Positions 9,354-19,097 of a stretch of 64,000 nucleotides of DNA are shown in pieces. Positions within the stretch are counted from its first letter, which is position 1, and each line of letters starts with the position of its first letter. A program made the translations under genes and the position numbers. The notes beneath the pieces were generated by a model that was given only the letters and a program-made list of their open reading frames with translations, made no database searches and was not told the origin of the DNA. The DNA is from an uncultured Poribacteria bacterium (GTDB lineage Bacteria > Poribacteria > WGA-4E > WGA-3G). The stretch lies in contig CATQHZ020000001.1 in NCBI GenBank assembly GCA_958296135.2, forward strand, positions 704,001 through 768,000, in the 5' to 3' direction.

Positions 9354-10430
9354 CTATGTGTCAACAAGGCATCCACAATAGGCGCAGACAGCGAACATGT
9401 CGCCGAGAGTCTCGCGTTCGGGTGCCAAATAGGTTTCGTGGTGTGTGACGCACCCGGGGTTGTTGCACGGCTCCTCTGCCGCGCCGATGTTGCGCTGCGG
9501 CGGCTGCGTCAAAATCAGTTGCTCCAATCCAAGCAGGCTGGAGATGAGTGCCATCCGAATCGGCACGGCGTTGGCGGATTGTTCAAAGTAGGCGGCGCGC
9601 GGGTCATCGTCCAATTCATAGGAGAGCTCATTGACACGCGGCAGCGGATGCATAATCATCGCATCTGGTTTTGCGTGTTTCATTACCGCGGTGTTCAGCA
9701 AATAGCTGCCGCGCACTTCCTCCGGATTCACTTCTGGTGGGAGCCGCTCCTCCTGAAGTCGATTAACGTAGATGACATCTAGCGACGCGATAACGTCTCG
9801 GATTTGCTCCACTTCAATCGGTGTCTGCGTGTGGAGTTTGTCCAACCGTGTCAGCACCCACGGCGGCATCTGAAGTCCGCTGGGCCCGATGTGGATGAGT
9901 TTTCCGCCGAATCTGGCCACGGCGAGTGAGAATGAATGCGCCGCCCGTCCATAGCGCAAATCGCCGCAAACACCGACAGTCAAACCTTCTACTTGTCCTT
10001 TTCGTCTGATGATAGTATAGAGGTCTGTGAGTGCTTGTGTGGGGTGCGCGTGGCTGCCATCGCCGCCGTTAATGACAGGGATGTTAGCGTAGCGAGCCAT
10101 CACTTGTGCCGCCCCCGCCCAGTTGTGCCGCACGACAATCAAGTCTGTGTAGTTCGTCACCATTCGCGCGGTATCGGCGAGGGTTTCGCCTTTAGTGGCG
10201 GAGGTGCCGCTCGGGTCTGCGAAGCCGAGTGTTCCGCCGTTGAGGCGTTCCATGGCACTTTCAAAGGAGAGCCGGGTGCGAGTGCTCGGTTCGTAAAACA
10301 GTGTCGCCAGCAATTTACTACGGCAGATGCCGGCCCAGGTTTCAAGTTGGGCTTGCATGCCGGCGGCGAGCCGAAAAACGCCTTCAATTTCAACATTAGA
10401 CAAATCGTCAAGGGTTACCAGATGTCTCAT
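9354..10430 (-). CDS. pyrB: aspartate carbamoyltransferase with fused PyrI-like C-terminal Zn-binding domain
   Basis: FYEPSTRTRLSFE, KGETLADT, HPTQALTD and HPLPR; tail CNNPGCVTHHE...CAYC. Confidence 0.92.
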   Translation of the reverse strand: MRHLVTLDDLSNVEIEGVFRLAAGMQAQLETWAGICRSKLLATLFYEPSTRTRLSFESAMERLNGGTLGFADPSGTSATKGETLADTARMVTNYTDLIVVRHNWAGAAQVMARYANIPVINGGDGSHAHPTQALTDLYTIIRRKGQVEGLTVGVCGDLRYGRAAHSFSLAVARFGGKLIHIGPSGLQMPPWVLTRLDKLHTQTPIEVEQIRDVIASLDVIYVNRLQEERLPPEVNPEEVRGSYLLNTAVMKHAKPDAMIMHPLPRVNELSYELDDDPRAAYFEQSANAVPIRMALISSLLGLEQLILTQPPQRNIGAAEEPCNNPGCVTHHETYLAPERETLGDMFAVCAYCGCLVDT

Positions 10431-10490
10431 TTTCTCCTCTATTGCGCTGAGATGAAGATTGAAAAAATAAACGGGTTATTTTGGTCATGG

Positions 10491-10520
10491 CTACGGGCGG
10501 ATATAGAAATCTGCCCTTAC
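10491..10520. repeat. REP-like palindrome, family C (GTAAGGGC[AG]GAT-TTCTAT-ATC[CT]GCCC)
   Basis: Copies at 43833-43861, 45877-45904 and 48167-48197; degenerate copies inside the CRTAC1 gene at 57823-57887. Confidence 0.8.
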
Positions 10521-10586
10521 AAACGCTGGATGGGCACGCTTTCCGAAAATAGCCCCATTAAATTCTGTAACTTCATGAAAGCGCGC

Positions 10587-11510
10587 CTACAACCTTAGAC
10601 TGCCTACTAACTGTTGGATTGATGCCATCTTCGCCTTTTTCAAATACGCGCGAATGCCGTTGACAACCTCCAGAGACGCGTTGGGGTTCACAAAATTCGC
10701 GGTGCCGACTGCGACAGCTGATGCGCCGGCGATGAGAAATTCGACTGCATCGGTAGCGTTCATAATGCCGCCCATGCCGACGATGGGAATGGAGACGTTT
10801 TTGTAAACCTCCCACACTAGGCGGAGGGCCACCGGCTTTATGGCGGGCCCTGAAAGTCCGCCTGTCACATTTGCGAGTTCTGGGGTGCGCGTTTCGGCGT
10901 TAATTGCCATGCCGAGGAGGGTGTTAATCGCCGAGAGCGCGTCCGCGCCGGCATCCGCAACGGCGCGCGCGATGACGGTAATATCCGTGACGTTCGGCGA
11001 CAACTTCACTAACAGCGGCAGCTGTGTCTTCTCTCGAACCTGTTTGACGAGTTGATGCGCTAGATTTGCATCCACTCCGAAACTCATTCCGCCGCAATCT
11101 AGGTTGGGACAGGAGATGTTGAGTTCTACGCCGGCGATGCCATCGGCATGGTTGAGTTTTTCGATAATCGTGAGGTATTCTTCCACGGTCTTGCCACAGA
11201 CATTGACGATGACTGGCACGTCAAAATCGCGGAGGTAGGGGAGTTTCTGTAAAATAAAGCCATCTACGCCGACGTTTTGGAGTCCGATGGCGTTCAACAT
11301 ACCGGCTGGCGTTTCCATAATGCGTTGCATCGGGTTGCCGGGCCACGGCGTGCTCGTTACGCCTTTGACGACAATGGCACCGAGCCGGTCCAAATCGACG
11401 AAATCGGCGTATTCACTGCCGTAGCCGAAGGTGCCGGATGCTGTCATGATGGGGTTACGCATCTGAATGCCGCCAATATTTACGTTGAGTGAGATGTGGG
11501 GTGTCTCCAT
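10587..11510 (-). CDS. pyrD: dihydroorotate dehydrogenase family 1B catalytic subunit
   Basis: ASGTFG, NAIGLQN, ELNISCPN, VKLSPN and GGLSGPAIKP. TTGACA-17-TATCAT lies 7 nt upstream of ATG 11510. Confidence 0.95.
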   Translation of the reverse strand: METPHISLNVNIGGIQMRNPIMTASGTFGYGSEYADFVDLDRLGAIVVKGVTSTPWPGNPMQRIMETPAGMLNAIGLQNVGVDGFILQKLPYLRDFDVPVIVNVCGKTVEEYLTIIEKLNHADGIAGVELNISCPNLDCGGMSFGVDANLAHQLVKQVREKTQLPLLVKLSPNVTDITVIARAVADAGADALSAINTLLGMAINAETRTPELANVTGGLSGPAIKPVALRLVWEVYKNVSIPIVGMGGIMNATDAVEFLIAGASAVAVGTANFVNPNASLEVVNGIRAYLKKAKMASIQQLVGSLRL

Positions 11511-11729
11511 AGGAATTATGATAACAGATTTGGTGGGAAATGTCAAGGTGCCGAATTCAGGTATAGGATATTCAGTTTGCGGTTTTTGCTGTCACCCGTG
11601 AAAATTAACGAGGGGCTCCCTCCCTATAGGTGCCCGATCCTGCCCTGTTTGAGTTTCCTGCGGAGCGTGGAGATTTCAAACGACAGAAACGGGATAACTA
11701 AATGCTTCTGGTGCAATATGAAAAAAAAT

Positions 11730-11758
11730 TTGACAAAACGCAAAAAATGTGGTATTAT
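11730..11758 (+). promoter_or_regulatory. sigma70 promoter about 400 nt upstream of the RRM gene
   Basis: TTGACA-17-TATTAT with a TG extended -10 and an A-rich UP element. Confidence 0.7.
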
Positions 11759-12156
11759 ATTGTATGTTTATGTGTAAGGGAAATTGAAGAGTGTCCGCTG
11801 ACAAAGTTACGAGTAGTGTTTTGACAGTTTTACCGGTTGGAACCGAGTGCTTTCTTACGGACGTAAGCGGGTTCTCTTGTTCTGACAAGAGTTGGATAAG
11901 CGTTCATTTGCCAATCTACGCTTGCTGCCAAATTCCTGCCGATAGAGAGTGATTCTTGCCTGCGGTGAGTTTCGGGCTGCGCGCTTTCGTGCGCGCGGTG
12001 CCGAGCACGTGCAGGTGTCAGACTCCTGACAGTGCCCAGTTTCTCATTTTCCCGTTATTTTTAACCAGAAGGACAGGCCCGGTGCGAGACAGGTGGGCGT
12101 GCTTCAATCGCGCGTCACCGAGGTTTCTCTAGCGCCGGTTCTTAAGGAGAAACGCG

Positions 12157-12429
12157 ATGAATATCTACGTTGGCAACGTGCCATACGCAGCGACGGAAAA
12201 CGATTTGGAAGAGCTTTTTGGAGAGTATGGGCCGGTGGCTACCGCCACGATTATCCGTGACCGGTATGACGGCCGCTCCAAAGGGTTTGGCTTCGTTGAG
12301 ATGGAAAATCAAGAGGATGGTACGCGGGCGATAGAAGCATTGGACGGCTATGACATGATGGGACGTCCGCTGAAAGTCAACCAGGCGCGTCCTCGCGAAG
12401 AGCGTCGGCCTCGTCACTACGATGCCTAG
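12157..12429 (+). CDS. RRM-domain RNA-binding protein
   Basis: RNP2 IYVGNV, RNP1 SKGFGFVEM, LKVNQARPRE; AAGGAG RBS. Confidence 0.95.
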   Translation: MNIYVGNVPYAATENDLEELFGEYGPVATATIIRDRYDGRSKGFGFVEMENQEDGTRAIEALDGYDMMGRPLKVNQARPREERRPRHYDA

Positions 12430-12478
12430 GCCTCTCGGCGGCATCTCGCTAGCGATGTGTCGCAGCTAACAACGTTTC

Positions 12479-12524
12479 GCCCCGGATGCGGGAGCCATCG
12501 TCGGCTTCCCTCCGGGGCTTTTCT
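12479..12524 (+). terminator. intrinsic terminator after the RRM gene
   Basis: gccccgga..gggagcc/ggcttccc..tccggggc stem followed by ttttctgtttt. Confidence 0.65.
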
Positions 12525-12620
12525 GTTTTGCACGAAACGGGTAGGCGCGCTTTGAAAGCGCGCCTACGGATTGGGTGCTGCACAAACCTGGTAGGTGTGC
12601 GTTGCAAGCGCGTCTTGGGA

Positions 12621-13394
12621 TTAATCCTTCCGCTTGAGTTGTCCCCAGATGACGGCGGCTTTTCCTGCCGGCTCCACGGCGACACCCAACGCGGTTAGCC
12701 CGTTATTCATAATATCGGCAATATCGTCATCTTCCAGCGGTGAGTGGAAGATGGCGACTTCGTCCATCGCGCCTGTGAACCAATTGCCTGTGCCATCCCA
12801 AATGCCGCAACCGCCGATATTCACGTTGAAATCGGAACGCCCGTGGTTGGGCCAATCCCCTTTTTTCTCCGTGGGTGTTCCATCGACATAAACCTTCGTG
12901 GCCTCGCGCGTTGCGACGGTGGCGACGTGATGCCATTCACCCGGCGGATGTTCGTAAGGATTCTCGTTCCCACCCGCTGTGGGAGTCCACAGCATGACGG
13001 TAGTGGGATTGATAAACCCGAATTCGGGAGAATCGTTCTGCCCTACCAACCCGATGCGGTTGGCGGTGATATTCCCCGGTTTTATCCAAGCGACGATTGT
13101 AAATTCGCGCAAGCCGTTCAGGAGCTTCTTTCCGGTTTGGACGCAATTGCCAGCACCATCAAAGGCTAAGGCACCGCCGAACCGTCCGTCTATCCAGGCC
13201 GGCGCGTTGACAATCGTGCCGTGATTATTGTTACCGGAGGAGTCCATGGCGGTACTCCCCGTGCCATCATCAAACAGCCAAACGCCGACAACTTTGCTCA
13301 TGTCCACATCGGCACTGCTACTCGTGACTGCGACGAGACTGAGAACTATCAGACTCAGGCTGAACAGGATACCTGTTAAAACATTCAATTTCAT
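12621..13394 (-). CDS. secreted LamG-like jellyroll (ConA-like lectin/glucanase) protein
   Basis: Signal peptide, VGVWLFDDG, GRFGGALAFDG, WHHV and FTGAMDEVAIF; tail AVEPAGKAAVIWGQLK. Confidence 0.88.
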   Translation of the reverse strand: MKLNVLTGILFSLSLIVLSLVAVTSSSADVDMSKVVGVWLFDDGTGSTAMDSSGNNNHGTIVNAPAWIDGRFGGALAFDGAGNCVQTGKKLLNGLREFTIVAWIKPGNITANRIGLVGQNDSPEFGFINPTTVMLWTPTAGGNENPYEHPPGEWHHVATVATREATKVYVDGTPTEKKGDWPNHGRSDFNVNIGGCGIWDGTGNWFTGAMDEVAIFHSPLEDDDIADIMNNGLTALGVAVEPAGKAAVIWGQLKRKD

Positions 13395-13586
13395 TTTAAT
13401 CCTCTCACTTTCTTAAAATTTACCTCGCCTCACGGCGGGTGTTTATGATAGAAACCACTTCACAACAGCAAAAACCCTTGCGGGAATACGCATGCGCCGC
13501 CGGTGGCAACTGTTCGGAGCGATCTCCAGATCGCGATACCTAGTGTCTCACACTCTGGCACTCTGGAAATGAGAAGGTTTTCGCTT

Positions 13587-13618
13587 GCCCTATGCCCTAT
13601 GCCCTATGCACTATGCAT
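13587..13618. repeat. short heptamer tandem repeat (tgcccta x3 + tgcacta)
   Basis: tgccctatgccctatgccctatgcactatgca in the leader region of the LamG gene. Confidence 0.8.
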
Positions 13619-13702
13619 TTGCAAGCGGCGTGACCTGGGCCAGAATTGAGCACATATTTATTTTGACATATTTTTCATAAAAATGCAAGTCTTTTTTTAT
13701 TC

Positions 13703-13731
13703 TTGACATTTAAACGCGAGTGAGGTATCAT
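13703..13731 (+). promoter_or_regulatory. sigma70 promoter for the NHL gene
   Basis: TTGACA-17-TATCAT. Confidence 0.65.
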
Positions 13732-13845
13732 AATTAAAGGACTAACGCAGCCTGAACTCCGTAGGCGTAACGGTGGATACGGTTCGCATTTGCGTCCGTC
13801 CTCTTAAAAAATTCCAGTAGGAGCGACTTCCATACGACAAAAAAA

Positions 13846-15843
13846 ATGAAACAAACAGTCTTAATCACACTACTTCTCTTCATCTTCGGGCTGATGCCTG
13901 CTTTTTCGGTGGATTTTATTACCTTGGAGCGCGAATTCGGCGGCAAAGGTTCAACGGAAGGCGCGTTTGGCAAGCAGATCCGTCTTGCTTTTCGCGATAA
14001 TATCTACGTCAGCGATAAGGAGCATCGGCTCATCCAAAAATTATCGCCGATGGGAACGTTCCTTCTGCAGATTCCCGCACAACCAACTTCGCCTGAAAAT
14101 ATCTTGCGGAAACCGGGGCATCTCGCCGTGGATGCGGCGGAAAATATCTACGTCGCTGATGTCACCGCGCATCACATCGCCGAGACGACGGAACCGAAAA
14201 TCTACATGTTCGCGCCGTGCGTGCACAAATTCAGCGCAACCGGCGAACTATTAGACACCTATTTCGTAGAACCGGTGGATGAGCGGCCGCGCATTGTTTT
14301 AACCGGCGCGCTCATCGTTGACGAAGAGGGAAAAACCGCCTTCGGCATTCAACCGCAAGGATACGACAGGGCCCTCCGTGTCGCTGTTAATTCACAAAAT
14401 CAACTCTACGTTTTAGACGCAAAACGGGGACGCATCCACAAATTTGATGTTGATGGAAAGGTGTTGCGCACCTTCGGCCGCTATGGCGCAGGCGATGGCG
14501 AGTTCGATCTGGATGCATCCGACATTGCGATTGACGCGCGCGGCAATGTGCTTATCGCCGATACCGGCAATCATCGCATCGTTCAATTTGATGGAGATGG
14601 CACGTTTATCCGCAGTTTCGGCAGGAAAGGCCGCGGCAACGGGCAATTCACAAAGCCGATGGCACTCGTCGCGCTGCCCACGGGCGAAATCCTGGTCAAA
14701 GATGCGAGTCAATTCCGGCGCAAAGTCGGCGGCTTGCCGGAGGTTGTCGCGCTATCCCCGACATTGACGCAACTCAATGAAAGCACCCCGGGTCAAACCG
14801 AACTCGCCGATGTGATTACTGACGCGACCCGGCCGGCATACGGCCCCTTCACACATGGGACCGGCGCGACAGCGAATCTCGCTGCGCTCAATCGCCGCGT
14901 GCGGCTGCTGGAAGAAGCGGCATACAGCCAATACTATGAGACTGAGGGCGACGACGAAGACAAGGCGGAATTGGTAGAGGAACTCAAGCGGAAGGACATC
15001 CGGCTGACACTCTTTCATAACGTCATCTCGCGCGTCCAGAAGTTTGACAGCAATGGCAGATACACCGGGCGAATCATTTACGAGACCGATCAGCTTAGCG
15101 AGGATAAGCACGACGTAAGCTTTCTCGCACTCGATCCTGCCGGACATCTCTATTTGCGTGACGCGAGCGATTTCACCGTCGCGCAATATTCCATCAGCGG
15201 GTTCACGATTAAACCTTCGCACATGAATGGGTTCTATAGCGTGCGTGCTGCTAACCTTGATAACGAATATCTGGAAGATTACGAGGATATTGATGTCTCA
15301 ACCGATGTGCAGGATGAACTCAGTCAGTTGGAATTAAAAAATATGTTCGGGTGGACATATAGCCTCTCGGAACAGTGGCACTTGACATTCCTTGACGAGC
15401 TCACCTATGGCGAACAGGACGAACGTTATGTCACGCCTGCCAAGGTTGAGGATAGTTACAATTTTCAGACACAGGCATTGGAGAATGCGTTTGCCGCGAA
15501 CCTGAAATTCATCACGAATCCGAATCCGTATCGGTATAAGGAGTTGAATTTGTCCATCGGGCGCGTTGACGGCACCTCCGATTTGACGCAGGACGCGCTG
15601 TTTCCGGAGCTCAACCGTCAGCACCGCGAAGATACCGGGGATGCGAATTCGACAGTGATTGAACTCAACTGGGATCTATGGGCGCGGACGAATTTGTGGT
15701 TCCGCTACGCCGATCTGAATCCTGCGGAGACGAGCCGTAACTTTGTGCGCCGCTTCTACGATGTCTCCGGTGATTTGTATGAGGTGTTCGGGAGCCGCAA
15801 TCAGGCGCGGCAGTTCCTTGGTGAATTGACGATAAAATTCTAA
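13846..15843 (+). CDS. secreted NHL-repeat protein with a putative C-terminal outer-membrane beta-barrel
   Basis: Signal peptide; NHL motifs (GRYGAGDGEF, DIAIDARGNVLIADTGNHRI, GRGNGQFTKP); amphipathic C-terminal region ending FLGELTIKF. Confidence 0.8.
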   Translation: MKQTVLITLLLFIFGLMPAFSVDFITLEREFGGKGSTEGAFGKQIRLAFRDNIYVSDKEHRLIQKLSPMGTFLLQIPAQPTSPENILRKPGHLAVDAAENIYVADVTAHHIAETTEPKIYMFAPCVHKFSATGELLDTYFVEPVDERPRIVLTGALIVDEEGKTAFGIQPQGYDRALRVAVNSQNQLYVLDAKRGRIHKFDVDGKVLRTFGRYGAGDGEFDLDASDIAIDARGNVLIADTGNHRIVQFDGDGTFIRSFGRKGRGNGQFTKPMALVALPTGEILVKDASQFRRKVGGLPEVVALSPTLTQLNESTPGQTELADVITDATRPAYGPFTHGTGATANLAALNRRVRLLEEAAYSQYYETEGDDEDKAELVEELKRKDIRLTLFHNVISRVQKFDSNGRYTGRIIYETDQLSEDKHDVSFLALDPAGHLYLRDASDFTVAQYSISGFTIKPSHMNGFYSVRAANLDNEYLEDYEDIDVSTDVQDELSQLELKNMFGWTYSLSEQWHLTFLDELTYGEQDERYVTPAKVEDSYNFQTQALENAFAANLKFITNPNPYRYKELNLSIGRVDGTSDLTQDALFPELNRQHREDTGDANSTVIELNWDLWARTNLWFRYADLNPAETSRNFVRRFYDVSGDLYEVFGSRNQARQFLGELTIKF

Positions 15844-15954
15844 ACTGGGAGCCTGCCGAAAAACTTGACATTCTCCTGCAAGAAGTGCGAGACTGTCACG
15901 ACATCGCCTGGTCTTCCCTAGGCCCGGGCGATGCCCGAAAGGAACCGTATCTGC

Positions 15955-16455
15955 ATGCCAAATCAATACTTGAACGAGCCAGAACACGATAGGGTCCCGT
16001 TTCTCGGTGTGAAGCGTCGGTGGGTAGGCTATGCGTTATTCATCTTTGTCATCAGCCTTCTTGTCTATGCGGGCTTCTCTGCGGCGGACTCCCTGACTAC
16101 CGATGGGTGGCGTGGGTTCAAAACAGTCCGCGCGATTCTTCACGATACGTCGCAAGCCCTGCCGATTTTGGGTGTTGTGCCTATCGTTATCCTGGTGATA
16201 TGGGAGTTTCTGATGATTCTTTATGAAATCGTGAAAGAGCAAATCGAGGCGCGTCAGCGTGCGCGTATTGCGGCGCACGAGGCGCGCGGTGAGGAGCGGG
16301 GTATCAAACTCGGCGAGGAGCAGGGCAGGGCATTAGAACGCGATGCCTGGGTTGACTGGCTTGAACGCCGAGACGCAGCGGCAGCGGCGGGCGAACCCTT
16401 CACCGAACCGAATCCTGCCGAGGAACACAACGGCACCTCGCCCCCTGCACTCTAG
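15955..16455 (+). CDS. hypothetical two-TM protein with charged RGEERG-type tail
   Basis: TTGACA promoter, 5' hairpin and GAAAGGA RBS; two hydrophobic helices followed by EARGEERGIKLGEEQG...AGEPFTEPNP. Confidence 0.6.
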   Translation: MPNQYLNEPEHDRVPFLGVKRRWVGYALFIFVISLLVYAGFSAADSLTTDGWRGFKTVRAILHDTSQALPILGVVPIVILVIWEFLMILYEIVKEQIEARQRARIAAHEARGEERGIKLGEEQGRALERDAWVDWLERRDAAAAAGEPFTEPNPAEEHNGTSPPAL

Positions 16456-16519
16456 CGGCACCTCGCTAGTGCTTGGGGAGAGAATGGTGAATGTAGTCTG
16501 ATGGGAGAACTACCAAACA

Positions 16520-17482
16520 ATGGAATTTCGTGCATTGCACTCTGAAGAATTAGAACCATGGTTCGACCACGTCGGACATGTTTTCTCAACGTCTCGGCAA
16601 TACTTTGTTAAGCATTGGCAAAACGATCCGTGGAAAGCCGTTGAGGGCATCCGTGTCGCTGTTGACAATGGCAGAATTGTCAGCACGCTACGCGTCTTTA
16701 TCCGCCGGATGTTCCTGCATGGCGAGCGGGTTTCCGTGGGCGGCATCGGTGAGGTAAGCACGCTGCCGGAATACCGCCGACGCGGGCTTGCGACGCAGCT
16801 GCTCAAGGATGCCATCCGATTCATGGAAGAACGCGAGATTGCCATCTCATCGCTCCATGGAAGTCAGCGCATCTATTCGGTTGAGGGGTGGGAGAGCGTG
16901 CCGCGCTATTATGCCAAAAAAACGTTCCTAGTAGGAGGTTCCTCTAGTCCTGATACCGAGTGGACGATTCGCCCGGTCGATTTCCAGTCTCAAAGTGAAC
17001 TTGCCCAAATTGCCGCGCTTTACGCCGGTTATTCTCGCAAATTCAACGGCACTTTTGTCAGGGATGACACGGCGTATTGGAGAGATTGGGTGCAAACCGA
17101 ATCTCCGGATGCGTGGGTTGCGGAAACATCGGGGACGCTGGAAGGCTATATCGCTGTCGCTGGCAAATTGAGAGTCAAAGAGTTCGCCGTTTCTGATGCG
17201 CAGTTTGCGCAGGATAGCGGCAAACGGCTGTTTGAGGCGATGCTTGCGCAGATTATTGCACAAAAGGGTGGGGAAGCGTTGGAGGTGGAATACGCGGCAC
17301 CGCTCGCCGATGGGTTTAATGCGCCTAAAATTCATGAATACGGCGGCACGATGTATCGCGTCATTAACGCCGACAAAATTCCGAGTTGTGATGCACTTTC
17401 GGCGTTACTGCATGGGCAGCCAGAGCCCTTAGCGCAAGGCATCCGGTCGCATCATGTTTTTTGGCCTACGGATGGGTTTTAG
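16520..17482 (+). CDS. GNAT (Eis-like) N-acetyltransferase
   Basis: GGIGEVSTLPEYRRRGLA acetyl-CoA-binding motif. Confidence 0.85.
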   Translation: MEFRALHSEELEPWFDHVGHVFSTSRQYFVKHWQNDPWKAVEGIRVAVDNGRIVSTLRVFIRRMFLHGERVSVGGIGEVSTLPEYRRRGLATQLLKDAIRFMEEREIAISSLHGSQRIYSVEGWESVPRYYAKKTFLVGGSSSPDTEWTIRPVDFQSQSELAQIAALYAGYSRKFNGTFVRDDTAYWRDWVQTESPDAWVAETSGTLEGYIAVAGKLRVKEFAVSDAQFAQDSGKRLFEAMLAQIIAQKGGEALEVEYAAPLADGFNAPKIHEYGGTMYRVINADKIPSCDALSALLHGQPEPLAQGIRSHHVFWPTDGF

Positions 17483-17536
17483 AAGTTACCCGATAGGCAC
17501 GCCTACGGACAAGTACTGCTTGAGGAGGACACGAAC

Positions 17537-18535
17537 ATGGCAAAACTACGCGTTGGAGTTATTGGATGTAGCGGCATCGGCACGACGCACGCCTCCGGCT
17601 TAGTCGGATTGCCGAACGTTGAACTCGCCGCCGGGTGCGACTTTGTGCAAAGCACCCTCGATGCCTTCAAAGAGAAGTGGCAGGATAAGTGGGGAGACAT
17701 CTCCCTTTATACCAACCATCAGGAAATGCTCGCCGGTGCGGCGTTAGACATCGTCACCGTTGCAACGTCTGACCATCGGCATGCAAACCTGGTTGTTGAC
17801 GCGGCGAACGCTGGCATAAAGGGCATCTTCTGCGAGAAACCGATGGCTACCAGCGTTGAAGATGCCGATAGGATGCTGGAGGCAACTGAACGGAACAATA
17901 CGATTCTCTCGATCGATCACACGCGCCGGTGGCAGCCGTTGTGGCGGCATACCAAAGAGGCAGTCGTCGGAGGCGGCACCATCGGGAATGTCCAGTATGT
18001 CATCGGCACGTTGAGCGGCGGGCGCGCGATGCTCTTCCGCAACGGCACGCATCTCATCGATGCCATCTGCTACTTCGCCGATTCGTCACCGGAATGGGTT
18101 TCGGCAGAATTGGAAGATGGCTACGAGGCGTATAGCGAGTATCAAGGTGACGGCGGACATGTCCCCGCTACCGAACCGTCGGCACATGGGTATATCCACT
18201 TCGCGAACGGCGTGCGCGGCTATTATGCCGGCGGTCCGAAGACGACGGTTGCAGGCTTCCGTGTTGAAATCGTCGGCACGAACGGCTATATTCTCATCAG
18301 CGACAAAGGCGCGATGCTTCACCAAGGTGACGATGTCGGTGAGATTATTGCACCGACGTGGGATGTCGTTGGCATTCCGGCGGGAGTGCAAGAGCTCGTC
18401 AGTCTTGTTGCGGAGGGGGGCGAACCAGTCTCGCCCGGCAGTGAGGGCCACAAAGTGGTTGAGATTATCATCGGTTTCCTAACCTCGCAGCAGCGGGACA
18501 ATGGAAAGGTGCGCCTGCCGTTGCCGCGGGGATAG
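17537..18535 (+). CDS. Gfo/Idh/MocA family oxidoreductase
   Basis: VGVIGCSGIG, IFCEKPMA and NGTHLID. Confidence 0.9.
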   Translation: MAKLRVGVIGCSGIGTTHASGLVGLPNVELAAGCDFVQSTLDAFKEKWQDKWGDISLYTNHQEMLAGAALDIVTVATSDHRHANLVVDAANAGIKGIFCEKPMATSVEDADRMLEATERNNTILSIDHTRRWQPLWRHTKEAVVGGGTIGNVQYVIGTLSGGRAMLFRNGTHLIDAICYFADSSPEWVSAELEDGYEAYSEYQGDGGHVPATEPSAHGYIHFANGVRGYYAGGPKTTVAGFRVEIVGTNGYILISDKGAMLHQGDDVGEIIAPTWDVVGIPAGVQELVSLVAEGGEPVSPGSEGHKVVEIIIGFLTSQQRDNGKVRLPLPRG

Positions 18536-19035
18536 TGGAGAAAGTTATGGAAGAGACTTTTCGTCCCGAGAAATTCCAAAAGGTACTGATGTCGTATTTA
18601 ATCATGTGGGGCATCTTATGGACGGTGAGCGTGCTGATCGTCAGCTTTGCGCCGCCGCATCGTGTTTACGGGAAAGTTATCCTATACGGCACAACCTCAG
18701 TCGGTTACTTTGCAAACGGTTTATTTTCTCTCGGCATAGTGACGATCAGTCCAATTGTCTCGGTTGGGGTTATCGCTATCGGCCCGGGTGCCTGTGGGGT
18801 TATTGCGCTCGGCGGTGGCGGTGCCTGTGGGATTTACGCTGTCGGCGTGCACGCGGTAGGCGTTTTTGCCATCGGTATGAACGCCATCGGAGTCTACACG
18901 TTGTCGCATTCGGGAAGCGGCAGCGGCAGGTATGTGTTCTCACCGAAACGCCAAGATGCGAGGGCGGTAAAACTATATACGCGTTGGTTTCCACAGTTTA
19001 AGCGCGCGTATCTGCCGGATGCTGAGGATGAATGA
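18535..19035 (+). CDS. hypothetical membrane protein with Gly-rich hydrophobic repeats
   Basis: Repeated GxxAxG units; start overlaps the upstream stop. Confidence 0.6.
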   Translation: MEKVMEETFRPEKFQKVLMSYLIMWGILWTVSVLIVSFAPPHRVYGKVILYGTTSVGYFANGLFSLGIVTISPIVSVGVIAIGPGACGVIALGGGGACGIYAVGVHAVGVFAIGMNAIGVYTLSHSGSGSGRYVFSPKRQDARAVKLYTRWFPQFKRAYLPDAEDE

Positions 19036-19097
19036 TGGCGCGCCTGTTGTCACCTCGCATTTCGTATTCTTGAAGTATCGCAATCTGGGGTTCGCTC

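Noticed and set aside
13739-13801. c-di-AMP (ydaO) riboswitch
   Set aside because: Only the short aactccgtaggc resembles its 3' end; the 5' conserved elements are absent.
15902-15945. Fluoride riboswitch or SRP-like RNA
   Set aside because: A simple hairpin only; the consensus nucleotides are not matched.
16931-16957. REP-derived VGGSSSPD loop in the GNAT gene as a separate finding
   Set aside because: Similarity to the gtaggagcgatctccagatcgcga-type palindrome is degenerate; kept only as a possibility in the overview.
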